A stretch of DNA of 63,142 bases, the filler included, from Octopus bimaculoides (Eukaryota), in assembly GCF_001194135.2 (NCBI RefSeq). It is 9 parts of 9 records of this genome, joined end to end, with 100 filler letters (N's around TTAATTAATTAA, not from the genome) between each part and the next. Parts side by side here need not be neighbours in the genome. Positions count along the whole stretch, not along the records: positions 13,024 to 24,518 come from NC_068999.1; 8 more parts are not named here. One strand, written 5' to 3'. The notes beneath the pieces were generated by a model that saw only the letters and a program-made list of their open reading frames with translations, did not search any database and had not been told where the DNA came from. The position numbers were made by a program, and so were the translations under genes. This document shows, piece by piece, positions 12,924-24,618 of this stretch. Each line of letters begins with the position of its first letter. Position 1 is the first letter of the stretch.

Positions 12924-14284
12924 NNNNNNNNNNNNNNNNNNNNNNNNNNNNNNNNNNNNNNNNNNNNTTAATTAATTAANNNNNNNNNNNNNNNNNNNNN
13001 NNNNNNNNNNNNNNNNNNNNNNNATTTTAAACCTGTTTCTTATATATCACTCTGAAAAAAAACATCTTATCTGGGGCCTATCCATGGATTTACAATATAG
13101 AATTGTGATGGATCATAACTAGGAATCCTACCAAAAGGTTATTTGAAATTCTTATATTGTTAGCCTGGTGTGCCAACCGAAAGCTAATGAAGTATTTTTC
13201 CCGGGTTGATAATCCCGCACTATTTGTTATATATATATATATATATATATATATTCAGTTGCAGGATTCGTAAAATCAAAGTATTTCAACGTGTAGAACG
13301 CCAGAAAAGACCTAGTAACTTTCTTGCAATATTCAGTTGTCTGCTGGTTGTGTACTGTAAGTATATACTGAATATATATACACCTACACGTCTATCCGTA
13401 TATAAGTACACACAGACAAATGAATATTTACATATATAGGTACCGATTTAACACAAACCTATGGGTGGTTTGAAGTGTAACGTACGTATAAAAGAACATA
13501 AGTGGTGTTTAAAATTCAGTTTTTGTGAATTTTAAACCCTATTTGTGTGTGTGTGTGTTTGTTTTGAGATGTATCTTACAGAATACATTTTAAAACTAGT
13601 TTCTAGCTATCGCTGTGATATTTAAAATACATTGGACGAATGTGGGCCAATGTCTGTTTTCATCATTCCACAGGTAGAAAAGAACGATTCGCTTGATCTA
13701 GTTTTGAATTCAGATAAGATCTAACCCACCTGCCTTTGATTGCTTCAGCCACACACGCAAATCCTGTTTTATCCATTCTACTAAAGATGCAGTACCAGTT
13801 TACACGGTTCATACTTTGATGTTATATAATCACAACACTAACTTCTTAAGAAAAACGATTTTTTAACCTAAATTCTTTTCTTCTTTCCATTAAAAATTCG
13901 ACGTTGGGTCGAGGTAAGTTTCCAGAATGGCACAAACTTCTTTGACAAGTCTACCTTAGCACAAATCTTATAGTAAAATTGTCGAAATGGAGTAGCTTAT
14001 CTAAATACTTCACCCGATTATTAACTTCGTCTTTCGATGACATTCTATAACATGGTGGCCTTGGTTGAGAGATCAAAAGATTCCCAGCTCTGTCGTATGG
14101 TAATCTTGGTTGAGAGATCATGAGAATTCCATCTGTGATATTTTTCGTCATGCTTGGCGTATTCAGAATTTACATTATCCAAAATTTCTTTCCTCACTAG
14201 CCAAGGCTGTGGTTTGAGGGAGATGCGGTTGCTATTTATACCAGGTTGAATAATTCTGTACAATTTCCTTTGTTCGACCCCGTC

Positions 14285-14322
<38 letters not shown>

Positions 14323-14374
14323 TGTATGTGTATGTGTGTAAACATGGGATTGATTAATAGCTAGTTTTATTTTA

Positions 14375-14915
14375 ATTTCGATACAAGGTCAGCCGCTTTG
14401 AGGGGAGGGGAGATTCGATTACATGCTCAACTAGTAATTATTTTTATCGACCCAATATGATGAAAAGCAAAGTCAACCCCGGCGGCAAATGAACTCAAAG
14501 TACCACTAAGCACTTTATCCAGCGTATTAACGATTCTGCCAGCTCACCAACTTTATAACAATAATAATAATAATTTCTACTATAGGCACAAGGCCAGTAA
14601 TTTTAGGAAAGGAGCGGGGTCAAACGGTACATATTTTAATGAGCCCGAAAGGATGAAATGCAAAGTCTACTTCGGCAGAATTTGAAATGAGACGGACGAA
14701 ATGTCCCTAAATATTTTGCAATAATAACCTTTCTTATTAGAGACACAAGACCTGAGATTTTGTGGGTAGGGGATAGTTGATTACATCGACTCCAGGGTTC
14801 AACTTACACTTATTTTATCGACTCCGAAAAGATGAAAAGCAACGTCGACTTCGGCAGAATGTGAACTCAGAACGTAGAGCATTTTGTCCGACGTGCTAAC
14901 GATTCCGCCACTCTC
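14375..14915 (-). mobile_element. Three head-to-tail degenerate SINE family B copies
   Basis: Three copies of the core (reverse complement of GCCGAGGTCGACTTTGCCTTTCATCC...GGTCGATAAA) at about 14375-14550, 14575-14720 and 14730-14915. Confidence 0.78.
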
Positions 14916-15758
14916 AACATCCACCCGTTTGAGCGACTCAATCGCTCATCACACACAGATATTGAGACAGATTTATTTCATCCACATTTTTTAATGAATC
15001 GTAGTTTCACTTTCGCTTTGCTGGTTTGAAAATTTTGATTCTAGACTACCAACCAACAACTTTAGATTCCAAACCATGTGTGTTGAAGTTTGAAAAACAA
15101 TAAAAAGTTTCAGCAGTCCTGCATTAATTTAATATATTGATGTATGGGAGACTTGTGCGTGTGTTTAAGGATTGCCATTATTATCAGCTCCATGAAATCC
15201 TCCATGGATTCCATAGGTTAGCAGGATCTGACGAGCCCAAAACCCACATCATACTCTGATATCTGCTGGAAGCCCTCACCTAACGTCAACCACTTTACAA
15301 TGAGTACCTAGTGCTTGGGTGGCGGGTGTCTTTTTTTTATCGCACTAGCACTGGTGAGGTCACCATACAGCTGCAAGATTAAGATCTCTTTGGATTGAGT
15401 GGAGCTACAGTAGAACTTTAGGCCATATCTATTATTATGCAAATGAAGTTTGGCCAACTCACATGTGGATTTGTGCATAGCAACCAGGAGACAAAAAAAT
15501 ACACAGGAAGTACCGAGATAAAAGCTTTTACAAATGAGGAATTTAAAAGAATGTTAGTTTCCATGGTGTATGAATAATTTTGGGGACGACTGTATAGTCA
15601 GTAGATATTCTTGTGATCTCAGCTGAGTGAGTCTTTGGAATGCAGTTGTAGCTACGATAGGAAAATGCTTTCATCGGGAGAGTTCTTCGGTGATCGTGAA
15701 ACTTACCCGACATTGAAAAGGGTCTCAAAGTCTTGTTGACTATACTACTAAGAAATAT

Positions 15759-15943
15759 CAGTTTCAAAGATTGGCACAAACCAGCAATTTCAGGAGCAGA
15801 ATAAGCTGATTACATCAACTCTGAAAGGATAAACGGTAAAGTCGACCACGGCAGAACTTGAACTCAGAACGTAAAGACAGACGAAATACCGCTAAGCATT
15901 TCGCCCGGCGTGCTAACGTTTCTGCCAGCTCGACGTCTTATGT
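15759..15943 (-). mobile_element. SINE family B, full length
   Basis: Head and core match family B. Perfect 13-bp TSD TACTAAGAAATAT at 15746-15758 and 15944-15956. Confidence 0.9.
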
Positions 15944-16029
15944 TACTAAGAAATATTGCCTCATGATTTCTTAGGCTTTGACTTAAATGAAATTAGGATT
16001 CACATCAAAAGATTTTTTTTTTAATATAG

Positions 16030-16165
16030 AAGACATCGTCATCCTCGTTTAACGTCAGTGTTCCTGGCTGGTATGGGTTGGACGGTTTGACATGATATGA
16101 TAGATCCAAAGACTGCATTGGGTTCCAATGTCTGCTTTGGTATGGTTTCTACGGCTGGATAACCT
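16030..16165 (-). mobile_element. Retroposon 3' tail fragment (family E, (GAT)n-ended)
   Basis: Minus strand ends ...CCAACCCATACCAGCCAGGAACACTGACGTTAAACGAGGATGACGATG. Related sequence at about 19300-19535 (+) and 15190-15400 (-). Confidence 0.5.
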
Positions 16166-16550
16166 AACACCATCGTTCCAACAGTACTGCAACTAGCAAG
16201 ACTACGAAGGCCGAGGAAAAGTGGTTTGGCTTCATGCTCGGATGGGATGGGGGGGGTGGATTAACACATGAGCGAAAGAAGGGCAGGGCAAGATCATGTA
16301 GAGGAGTTACATAGCTTCTCTCATTTAGGGGGGAGATAGAGGGAGGGAGAGAGAGAGAGAGAGAAAATGAACAGCAGAAGCTGCAGAGAGATAGTGGCAA
16401 TGAAGTGTCCAGGTGATTCCTGAAGGAACAAAGTGAATAGAAGAGTGATGGTGGTGGAGATGGGGGGGGGGCATTTTTTGAACGATCACAAGTAAAACCC
16501 ATGAAGTGAAATGAATTCAAAAACTAAAGAAATTACAATTCTTCAATAAT

Positions 16551-16556
16551 TTTATT
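16551..16556 (-). terminator. Candidate polyadenylation signal of the calponin-family gene
   Basis: AATAAA on the minus strand about 380 nt after the stop codon; position plausible but not proven. Confidence 0.4.
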
Positions 16557-16938
16557 TTCAGTAAACAGGAATGTTAGACGCCATTTTTGTTGAATAAAGC
16601 TTGATACTTTGACCAAGGTAATTCGTCAGTCCTCTTTGACTAATGAAGGAATTGAGGAGAAATGGATACCAAAATGATTGAAATCAATATTTCAGATTTA
16701 ATCAAAATGACTGAATTGCTTCCTTAAGGAGATTAAGTTTTAAACCCTTGCAGTCTCTACACCAAGCAGATTGGTAAAAAAGGGTTAATGTTTGATCGAC
16801 GTCATCATACTACAGATAGCAACATGCTTTTATGGATCTCGATGGTATAACACGGTGACCAAACAGAACTGTGAACGGAAACATTTTTAAGTACAATTGA
16901 GCTTTTTATCTTACAAACCAAAAGAGAATGAATGAAAT

Positions 16939-17115
16939 TTAATCGAGAATCTTGCGACTTTTTCCAAAACTCATTCCAGCTTGTGATGCTCCTTTGTTAG
17001 TACCATACTGAAGACTAATAACACTGCTTCCAGCATTCAGCTGTTCCTCTGTGAAGTTCCTGACATTAGCTTGAGATTCTTGTGGTCCAAAACCAATTTC
17101 TCCATTTGTGCGAGC
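16939..17115 (-). CDS. Calponin/transgelin-family (myophilin/Chd64-like) gene, last coding exon
   Basis: Acceptor ttttcccccacttttgtag|GCT, phase 0. Translates ARTNGEIGFGPQESQANVRNFTEEQLNAGSSVISLQYGTNKGASQAGMSFGKSRKILD*, containing the calponin-family repeat (ISLQYGTNKGASQAGM). Confidence 0.95.
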   Translation of the reverse strand, partial: ARTNGEIGFGPQESQANVRNFTEEQLNAGSSVISLQYGTNKGASQAGMSFGKSRKILD

Positions 17116-17397
17116 CTACAAAAGTGGGGGAAAAAAATATTAGTATTCGTATAAATCTGAAGATATTTTGCCCCAAAATATTTAGTGTGCACGAGGAAAC
17201 TATACAAAACAATGTCTATTTTCCCCTAGGCCCCGTTATAACTTTACAGAAAAATTTATGCCCCACCGGTGGTTGGATAAAAACAAATTTCAAATATTCT
17301 ATTATAATTATTTTATACAAAAGAATCTACCAGTAACTCTTAAGTACCGACTATCGACTTCTCGAAATTATATACTTTCTGTAAAGAAATATCCGCA

Positions 17398-17610
17398 CTG
17401 TTGTTGTTGGCACTCCGTCGCTTACGACGTCGAGGGTTCCTGTTGATCCGATCAACGGAACAGCCTGCTCATGAAATTAACGTGCAAGTGGCTGAGCACT
17501 CCACAGACACGTGTACCCTTAACGTAGTTCTTGGGGATATTCAGCGTGACAAGAATGACCCTTTGAATTACAGGCACAACAGAAACAGGAAGTAAGAGTG
17601 AGAGAAAGTT
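17398..17610 (-). mobile_element. SINE family C, 3' part (intronic)
   Basis: Overlaps the 3' end of the 12487 copy and continues to the tail ...CGTCGTAAGCGACGGAGTGCCAACAACAAC. Confidence 0.82.
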
Positions 17611-18584
17611 ACAGGGCTTAGAAAAACTGAAGAACCTCTGCAATAANNNNNNNNNNNNNNNNNNNNNNNNNNNNNNNNNNNNNNNNNNNNNNNNNNNNNN
17701 NNNNNNNNNNNNNNNNNNNNNNNNNNNNNNNNNNNNNNNNNNNNNNNNNNNNNNNNNNNNNNNNNNNNNNNNNNNNNNNNNNNNNNNNNNNNNNNNNNNN
17801 NNNNNNNNNNNNNNNNNNNNNNNNNNNNNNNNNNNNNNNNNNNNNNNNNNNNNNNNNNNNNNNNNNNNNNNNNNNNNNNNNNNNNNNNNNNNNNNNNNNN
17901 NNNNNNNNNNNNNNNNNNNNNNNNNNNNNNNNNNNNNNNNNNNNNNNNNNNNNNNNNNNNNNNNNNNNNNNNNNNNNNNNNNNNNNNNNNNNNNNNNNNN
18001 NNNNNNNNNNNNNNNNNNNNNNNNNNNNNNNNNNNNNNNNNNNNNNNNNNNNNNNNNNNNNNNNNNNNNNNNNNNNNNNNNNNNNNNNNNNNNNNNNNNN
18101 NNNNNNNNNNNNNNNNNNNNNNNNNNNNNNNNNNNNNNNNNNNNNNNNNNNNNNNNNNNNNNNNNNNNNNNNNNNNNNNNNNNNNNNNNNNNNNNNNNNN
18201 NNNNNNNNNNNNNNNNNNNNNNNNNNNNNNNNNNNNNNNNNNNNNNNNNNNNNNNNNNNNNNNNNNNNNNNNNNNNNNNNNNNNNNNNNNNNNNNNNNNN
18301 NNNNNNNNNNNNNNNNNNNNNNNNNNNNNNNNNNNNNNNNNNNNNNNNNNNNNNNNNNNNNNNNNNNNNNNNNNNNNNNNNNNNNNNNNNNNNNNNNNNN
18401 NNNNNNNNNNNNNNNNNNNNNNNNNNNNNNNNNNNNNNNNNNNNNNNNNNNNNNNNNNNNNNNNNNNNNNNNNNNNNNNNNNNNNNNNNNNNNNNNNNNN
18501 NNNNNNNNNNNNNNNNNNNNNNNNNNNNNNNNNNNNNNNNNNNNNNNNNNNNNNNNNNNNNNTGAAAAAGTGATTTGAATATAT

Positions 18585-19050
18585 TGTGCGGTAGGAAGTG
18601 TGTTTCCCAACCATATGATCTCGGGTTCGGTCCCACAGTTTGGCTCTTTGGGCAAGTGTCTTCTACTATTGCCTCTGGTCAACCAAAGCCTTCTGAGTGA
18701 ATCTGGTACACGGAAACAAAGAACCTCGTCGCGTGCGTCGCCACTGTTTGACAGCTAGTGTTGGTTTGTTTACGTCCCTTCAGTCCCACGGCATGGCACC
18801 TCGAGCAAGTGTCTTGTGCTATAACCCCGGATCGACCAAAGCCTTGTGAGTGGATTTGGTAGACAAAAACTGAAACAATCCTGTCGCGCGCGTGTCCTAC
18901 CACCGCTTTACGGCCAGTGTTGGTTTGTTAACGTCCCCTTAATATAGCGGTTCGGCATAAGAGACCAACAAAATAAGTACCAGACTTTCAAAACAAAAAC
19001 TAAGTACTGGCGTCGATATGTCCGGTTACTCAAGGCAGTACTCCAGTACC
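18585..19050 (+). mobile_element. SINE family A, internally duplicated (two partial units in tandem)
   Basis: CAAGTGTC...ACCAAAGCCTT..GAGTG.AT.TGGTA occurs twice (about 18650-18710 and 18805-18865), followed by one tail. Confidence 0.75.
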
Positions 19051-20351
19051 TTACCCTACTTATCTTACCCTTTCAGTTCATCTTTACTATCGACCATACT
19101 CCCACTCTTCTTCGCTACGTTTACCTCTATTCCCCCATCTCTCGCTTTCCTCTCATTCTCTCGCAAACTTTATCCGTCCCACTTTTCCCGATCTTTTGTC
19201 CCCGCGCTCTTTTCTATTCACCTTCTTGTAACATGAGTGTATGCTCTGACACCTCGTCACCACAATATCTCTTTCAAATTCCACTCCAGTTACTCACACA
19301 GGTTAGCTCTGTGCCTTCCATCTCTACAACATTCTCACTCCAGTCGGGAGGTTTGTTAGTCTTGCGAGTTACATGAAGACCTCACTAATGCTGTTAGCAC
19401 GAAAAAAAGTCATCAAGTACACATTGTAAACTGGATGATATTAAAGGGGATCCAGCATCAGAAACTATGCCAAAAATTGGAATCTGTTAATCCGTTCAGT
19501 CAACGCTAACGTGGAAGGCAGACGTTAAATAATGACGTTTTCTGACATGTATAGTTTGAATTGTATCCTGTTGAATCTTTCAAGGTGAAAAAAAACTAAA
19601 ATGAAAATAAAATGAGCAAATTGAAAGCGGAAATGATAACCGTCAGAATAGGAGATGAATAAAAGAATTTGAAACTTCCTTCAATTGTTCATTTGAGTAT
19701 TAACATCATTTGGATCCTTAAAATTCGGCTGTTACTAGGAGCCTCGTGATGTAATCTGATATAATCTAATTCGGCACTTAGTGCCAAATTCTGCTTCATC
19801 TCTAATTCAAAAAACTACATTAAATCTATGAGTAATCTCTTTCACAAAGAGATAAAAACAATTGTTGGTCGGCTAAGGATTATGGATTAGCTTGTTTACT
19901 TCGTATACATTCTCGTTTATCACTGATTCATTATCACAGATGCGAGTTAACGCGATACGCTCAATTGTGATCCATGTTACGCTTAACACGAGTTGATCCG
20001 TGATAACACACACAAAGTATCAGTTAGGCCAAGGCTATAGCGGAACACACTCGCCAAATGTGTCGTTCAGTTGGACTGAACCCCAAACTAGGTGGCTGAA
20101 AAGCAAACATTAACCACACATCCATCGTTTAAATTCACTCTGCAGACGCGCTTTGAGAAATCACAACCAGCTTGGATGTATAGAATACAAACGAAGTGGA
20201 CAGCTTTATGCTCCATCAAAGAGTTAAATGGGATCAAATGAAATACTGATTCTAAAGTTTAGCTGCAAAAAAGAAAACACTGGAAACGCGAACGTTCGAC
20301 TAAATGAAAAGAAAGAAAAAAAGAGAACAGAGCTAAAGACAATGCACTTAC

Positions 20352-20503
20352 TTAGCTAGAAGGAATCCGTCAGAGAGTACGCTTTCAAAGTTCGCACGAT
20401 CACCAGAAACGTCGAATTGTTGAGGCTCACCATGTTTTTCTAAAACGGTTTGGATCCATTGAAGACCTTCTGATGCCAGCGCTTCATCGTATTTTGAATC
20501 CAC
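20352..20503 (-). CDS. Calponin/transgelin-family gene, exon encoding the N-terminal half of the CH domain
   Basis: Acceptor tttttttag|GTG and donor AA|gtaagt; 152 nt. Translates VDSKYDEALASEGLQWIQTVLEKHGEPQQFDVSGDRANFESVLSDGFLLA(K), matching the SKY....A...L.WI.........SGD..NF..VL.DG.LL pattern of myophilin/Chd64-type CH domains. Confidence 0.93.
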
Positions 20504-21293
20504 CTAAAAAAAAGTCATTAAAAATAAATTATCGGATTTCGTTCCCCCCCCCCACCTAATACATGTGCTATCAGTCGTTAAAGCTAAAAGCAGATATGTT
20601 TAAGCCCCAAGAACACGTGTTGCTCGTCTAACGATATTAATGCCAAAAGTGCAACCATTTTTTAGTGCGAATTTACTGTAATACTGACGCTCCTTGGTAA
20701 CTAAATATTCCACTGGCATCTCATTCGCTTGAAGGCTCTCCCTTCCTACCAGCAGAGTAGTAAGAGCCCTCAGTACACTAAGGTGGGGCAAATATACATA
20801 TAGACCCCCATCCTGCCTTAGCAGACACGACAGCTCAGGGTGAGGGGGAATTTTGCGCCCCTTCATATCTCCATTCAAGACCCAACTCCACTCCCCCCCC
20901 TCTCCTGCCGTGTCTCTGCTGCTTCCAACTATCGTCTTTCGAGACATTGTCGTGAAAGCCTGAGGAAGGTTCTCAGCCAACAAGAAAACAAATCATAACC
21001 AGACAAATAATTGTAACCATTAATCTAAAATTGTGAGCATTCTTTCAACGTCATAATATATTACGAACGGTAGAGCTATAAAATTTTTGTACATTTAGTT
21101 ACGTTCCTTTGAGTTTTGCGTTCATGTCCTCCTCCTACCACCATCACCGAGATTGACTTAACCTTGTATTGTTCAGAGGACAATAAATTTCAACGAATCT
21201 TACTGAGGATTTATCCGTCCCTGTATTAAAAATTTGACTTTGCATGTTAGAGACAAATAGTGCAAAGAAATCTATTCTTAAATTAAAAAATAT

Positions 21294-21494
21294 TTAATCT
21301 TTTAGCATTTAAACAGGTCATACCAGGCCCAAATATTCTGTTTCATGTTCAAAGTGGCCAGATCTGGACCTTTCAAACCTACCCTAAAATGTCATTCGGA
21401 AAATAATTACATCATCGAAGTCTCGAAACTTCGAAATAATGCATGGATAATTCAGAACAATGTGGATGGAGTAATCTGAATGCTAACAGGTTGA
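21294..21494. mobile_element. TTAA-bounded MITE (piggyBac-like ends)
   Basis: TTAATCTTTTAGCATT ... AATGCTAACAGGTTGA imperfect terminal inverted repeat. Confidence 0.5.
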
Positions 21495-22594
21495 ATTTCA
21501 AGATACACATTCGGGAACAATGCAAGTGCCAGCTTTCAAATTGAAACCGAACTAGTTTTTATGCAATGACAATATATATATATATATATATATANNNNNN
21601 NNNNNNNNNNNNNNNNNNNNNNNNNNNNNNNNNNNNNNNNNNNNNNNNNNNNNNNNNNNNNNNNNNNNNNNNNNNNNNNNNNNNNNNNNNNNNNNNNNNN
21701 NNNNNNNNNNNNNNNNNNNNNNNNNNNNNNNNNNNNNNNNNNNNNNNNNNNNNNNNNNNNNNNNNNNNNNNNNNNNNNNNNNNNNNNNNNNNNNNNNNNN
21801 NNNNNNNNNNNNNNNNNNNNNNNNNNNNNNNNNNNNNNNNNNNNNNNNNNNNNNNNNNNNNNNNNNNNNNNNNNNNNNNNNNNNNNNNNNNNNNNNNNNN
21901 NNNNNNNNNNNNNNNNNNNNNNNNNNNNNNNNNNNNNNNNNNNNNNNNNNNNNNNNNNNNNNNNNNNNNNNNNNNNNNNNNNNNNNNNNNNNNNNNNNNN
22001 NNNNNNNNNNNNNNNNNNNNNNNNNNNNNNNNNNNNNNNNNNNNNNNNNNNNNNNNNNNNNNNNNNNNNNNNNNNNNNNNNNNNNNNNNNNNNNNNNNNN
22101 NNNNNNNNNNNNNNNNNNNNNNNNNNNNNNNNNNNNNNNNNNNNNNNNNNNNNNNNNNNNNNNNNNNNNNNNNNNNNNNNNNNNNNNNNNNNNNNNNNNN
22201 NNNNNNNNNNNNNNNNNNNNNNNNNNNNNNNNNNNNNNNNNNNNNNNNNNNNNNNNNNNNNNNNNNNNNNNNNNNNNNNNNNNNNNNNNNNNNNNNNNNT
22301 GCCTTGCAGTTAATTACAACTGCTTAGGTTACGAGTTCAAACATCAGCAAGGTCAACTTTTATCAGTCAACTTTCGGGGGACAGGGTTGATAAAATAAAG
22401 TAGCAGTCAGGTACGAGGTAGAGATATATAATTCCTTTTTAGGAAATTTGAGTACGAATTTCACGGGCAGCCTTCGACTTTTTCAAGCCAAAGAGTGAAA
22501 CCCAATATTATTTATAGCTCTATCTGCTTCGAGGTCCACCTTTCAAAGGAAGGTTATTTCACGTTCTCCCGAAGTTTACAAATTCTTATGACGT

Positions 22595-22631
<37 letters not shown>

Positions 22632-24099
22632 CCTATAAAGCGGTCTAGATGTGAATTGAAGCATAATTAAAGACTTAGACATGATGTAATAAAGAAATAT
22701 ATTTTTTACATTTAAAATAATTCGACATCAGGCTGGAGCTAAATACAAAATACTTGAAGCTTTTTGCATGGAAGAAAAGCCAAGAGAGTGATGGAGCTTC
22801 CTTGACAACATCACCCATTGCTTTTACCATAATTTCATTACGAGATTGTACCCCTCCCGTCCATCCTCATGACAAAGAATTATTCCAAATTTGATCGCCC
22901 AGAAAGAATTACGTCGTTTGGAAACGAAAAGTTCGTGTTTCGATGCGTGGCAGCGATTCGAAAGTTTGAGAGGACTTGTACAATTCTGAAAATGATTTTT
23001 AAAATTTTATTGGTGGAGATGATAACTGACAAGAACCAATCACAAATATGAAAATAGACTAGTGGCAATTCGGAGAACAATGGAGGAAGCAGGAGGAATA
23101 AAAAGAATATACGGCTTTAAGGGTTGAGATGCAACAACCAAGAATAATGGCTGAAAGAATCCAAGAAACTCAAATGTTATCTGTGAGATAACTACAGAAT
23201 ACGAAGAGAGAGTTTTGGGCGTCTTTACTTTCTCCATGCTAGATTTATTTGACAACTTTTAGTTTAGAAATGAAACCACTTAAACCGGTAACGTTGTTAT
23301 AAACCGGCACGTAGCTGACACAGATGCTCTTAGGCAAGGCCATAAGTTATGCTTTTCATCAGAGATCGTTAGTCTTAACTAAAATAAATAAATAAATAAA
23401 AAAAAATCAATGTTATAGATATTTGCCGGATGTTTATAGCTAAAATCGAACAAGAGATTGATGGATAGATAGACAGCTAATTTAAAGCGGGGGTGTTTTA
23501 ACGTGCTTCTATTTCCCAATGGTAAAAGCAGCGTAAAGAAAATTAGTTTTGCACCCTCAAAACCACTTAGCCTGCACGACTCTACCGAAAGGTCTCTTCG
23601 CCATTTTTCCCCCCAGAGATTTATTTGGTACATGACAGGAATATTGCCTGGTTCAATATATATATATAAGCCCTTCTCAATCTATTGATTCTCTCTGCAG
23701 ATCGATAAAAGCAATCAGAAGAAAGTAATGAGAGTAAATGTTAGAAAGTATTTATTGCAGCATTAACACCATTGCTCCCGCTGAATATTAAATGCTTTAT
23801 TCACAGCAACTAAACAAACAGGTTCTACACAGTAGTGTGACGTTCACAGCACAATACGGACAGCTGGCAGAGATGTTAGAACGCTAGAATAAGGTGCAGA
23901 AGCATTGTTATGTCATCAGGCGGGACGTTTTTGCGATATCTGTTCTGGACTAGTACATTCCGAGTTCAAAATCTGCTGAGGGCACCATATCAGTGAGGTG
24001 TACGAGACCGAGATTTTAAAAAGTTAAGGACAATTTCAAAGGCACGAACTACAATAAATCAGTATGATAATAATAATAATTATTATTATTATTATGATA

Positions 24100-24281
24100 C
24101 TTTCTATTATGGGTACAAGGCTTGAAATTTCGGGGGAGTAAGTCGACTGGTAATTATTTCATCGACCCCGAAAAAATAAATTTGGCCTCGGCAGAATTTG
24201 AACGGAGACCGTAAAGAGCCGGAAAAAACGTCACTGAGCGTTTTATCCGACGTGCTAACCATTCTACCAGCTCACCGCCTT
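24100..24281 (-). mobile_element. SINE family B, degenerate
   Basis: Core and head similar to the other copies. Confidence 0.78.
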
Positions 24282-24386
24282 AATGATGATAATACTGATG
24301 ATGATGAGGATGAAGGCATTTCAAGAGTTCTGCTAAAGATACAAAGTTAAAGAATTTATTTTTGTTGTTTATTATTTCTTACATTT

Positions 24387-24518
24387 AAGGCGGCGAGATG
24401 GCAGAAACGTTAGCACGCCGGACGAAATGCTTATCGATATTTCGTCTGCCTTTACGTTCTGAGTTCAAATTCCGCCGAGGTCGACTTTGCCTTTCATCCT
24501 TTTTGGGGTCGATAAATT
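24387..24518 (+). mobile_element. SINE family B, truncated by gap
   Basis: AAGGCGGCGAGATGGCAGAAACGTTAGCACGCCG...GCCGAGGTCGACTTTGCCTTTCATCC...GGGGTCGATAAATT. Confidence 0.9.
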
Positions 24519-24618
24519 NNNNNNNNNNNNNNNNNNNNNNNNNNNNNNNNNNNNNNNNNNNNTTAATTAATTAANNNNNNNNNNNNNNNNNNNNNNNNNN
24601 NNNNNNNNNNNNNNNNNN

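Noticed and set aside
15707-15745. Mini-exon-like QQDFETLFNVG with a gtaagt donor (minus strand)
   Set aside because: It lies beyond the gene's stop, has a weak acceptor and abuts a SINE TSD; likely chance.
20263-20300. Strong minus-strand acceptor (ttttcttttttgcag) just after the CH exon
   Set aside because: Splicing in phase 2 gives AAC TAA, an immediate stop, and no CH sequence follows.
20600-20983. 127-aa minus ORF next to the CH exon
   Set aside because: No family similarity, it ends in a stop before the exon, and it has no usable donor.
22434-22443. Perfect CArG box CCTTTTTAGG upstream of the CH exon
   Set aside because: Attractive for a muscle-type gene, but several such 10-mers are expected by chance in 60 kb of AT-rich DNA, and it sits at the end of a decayed SINE.
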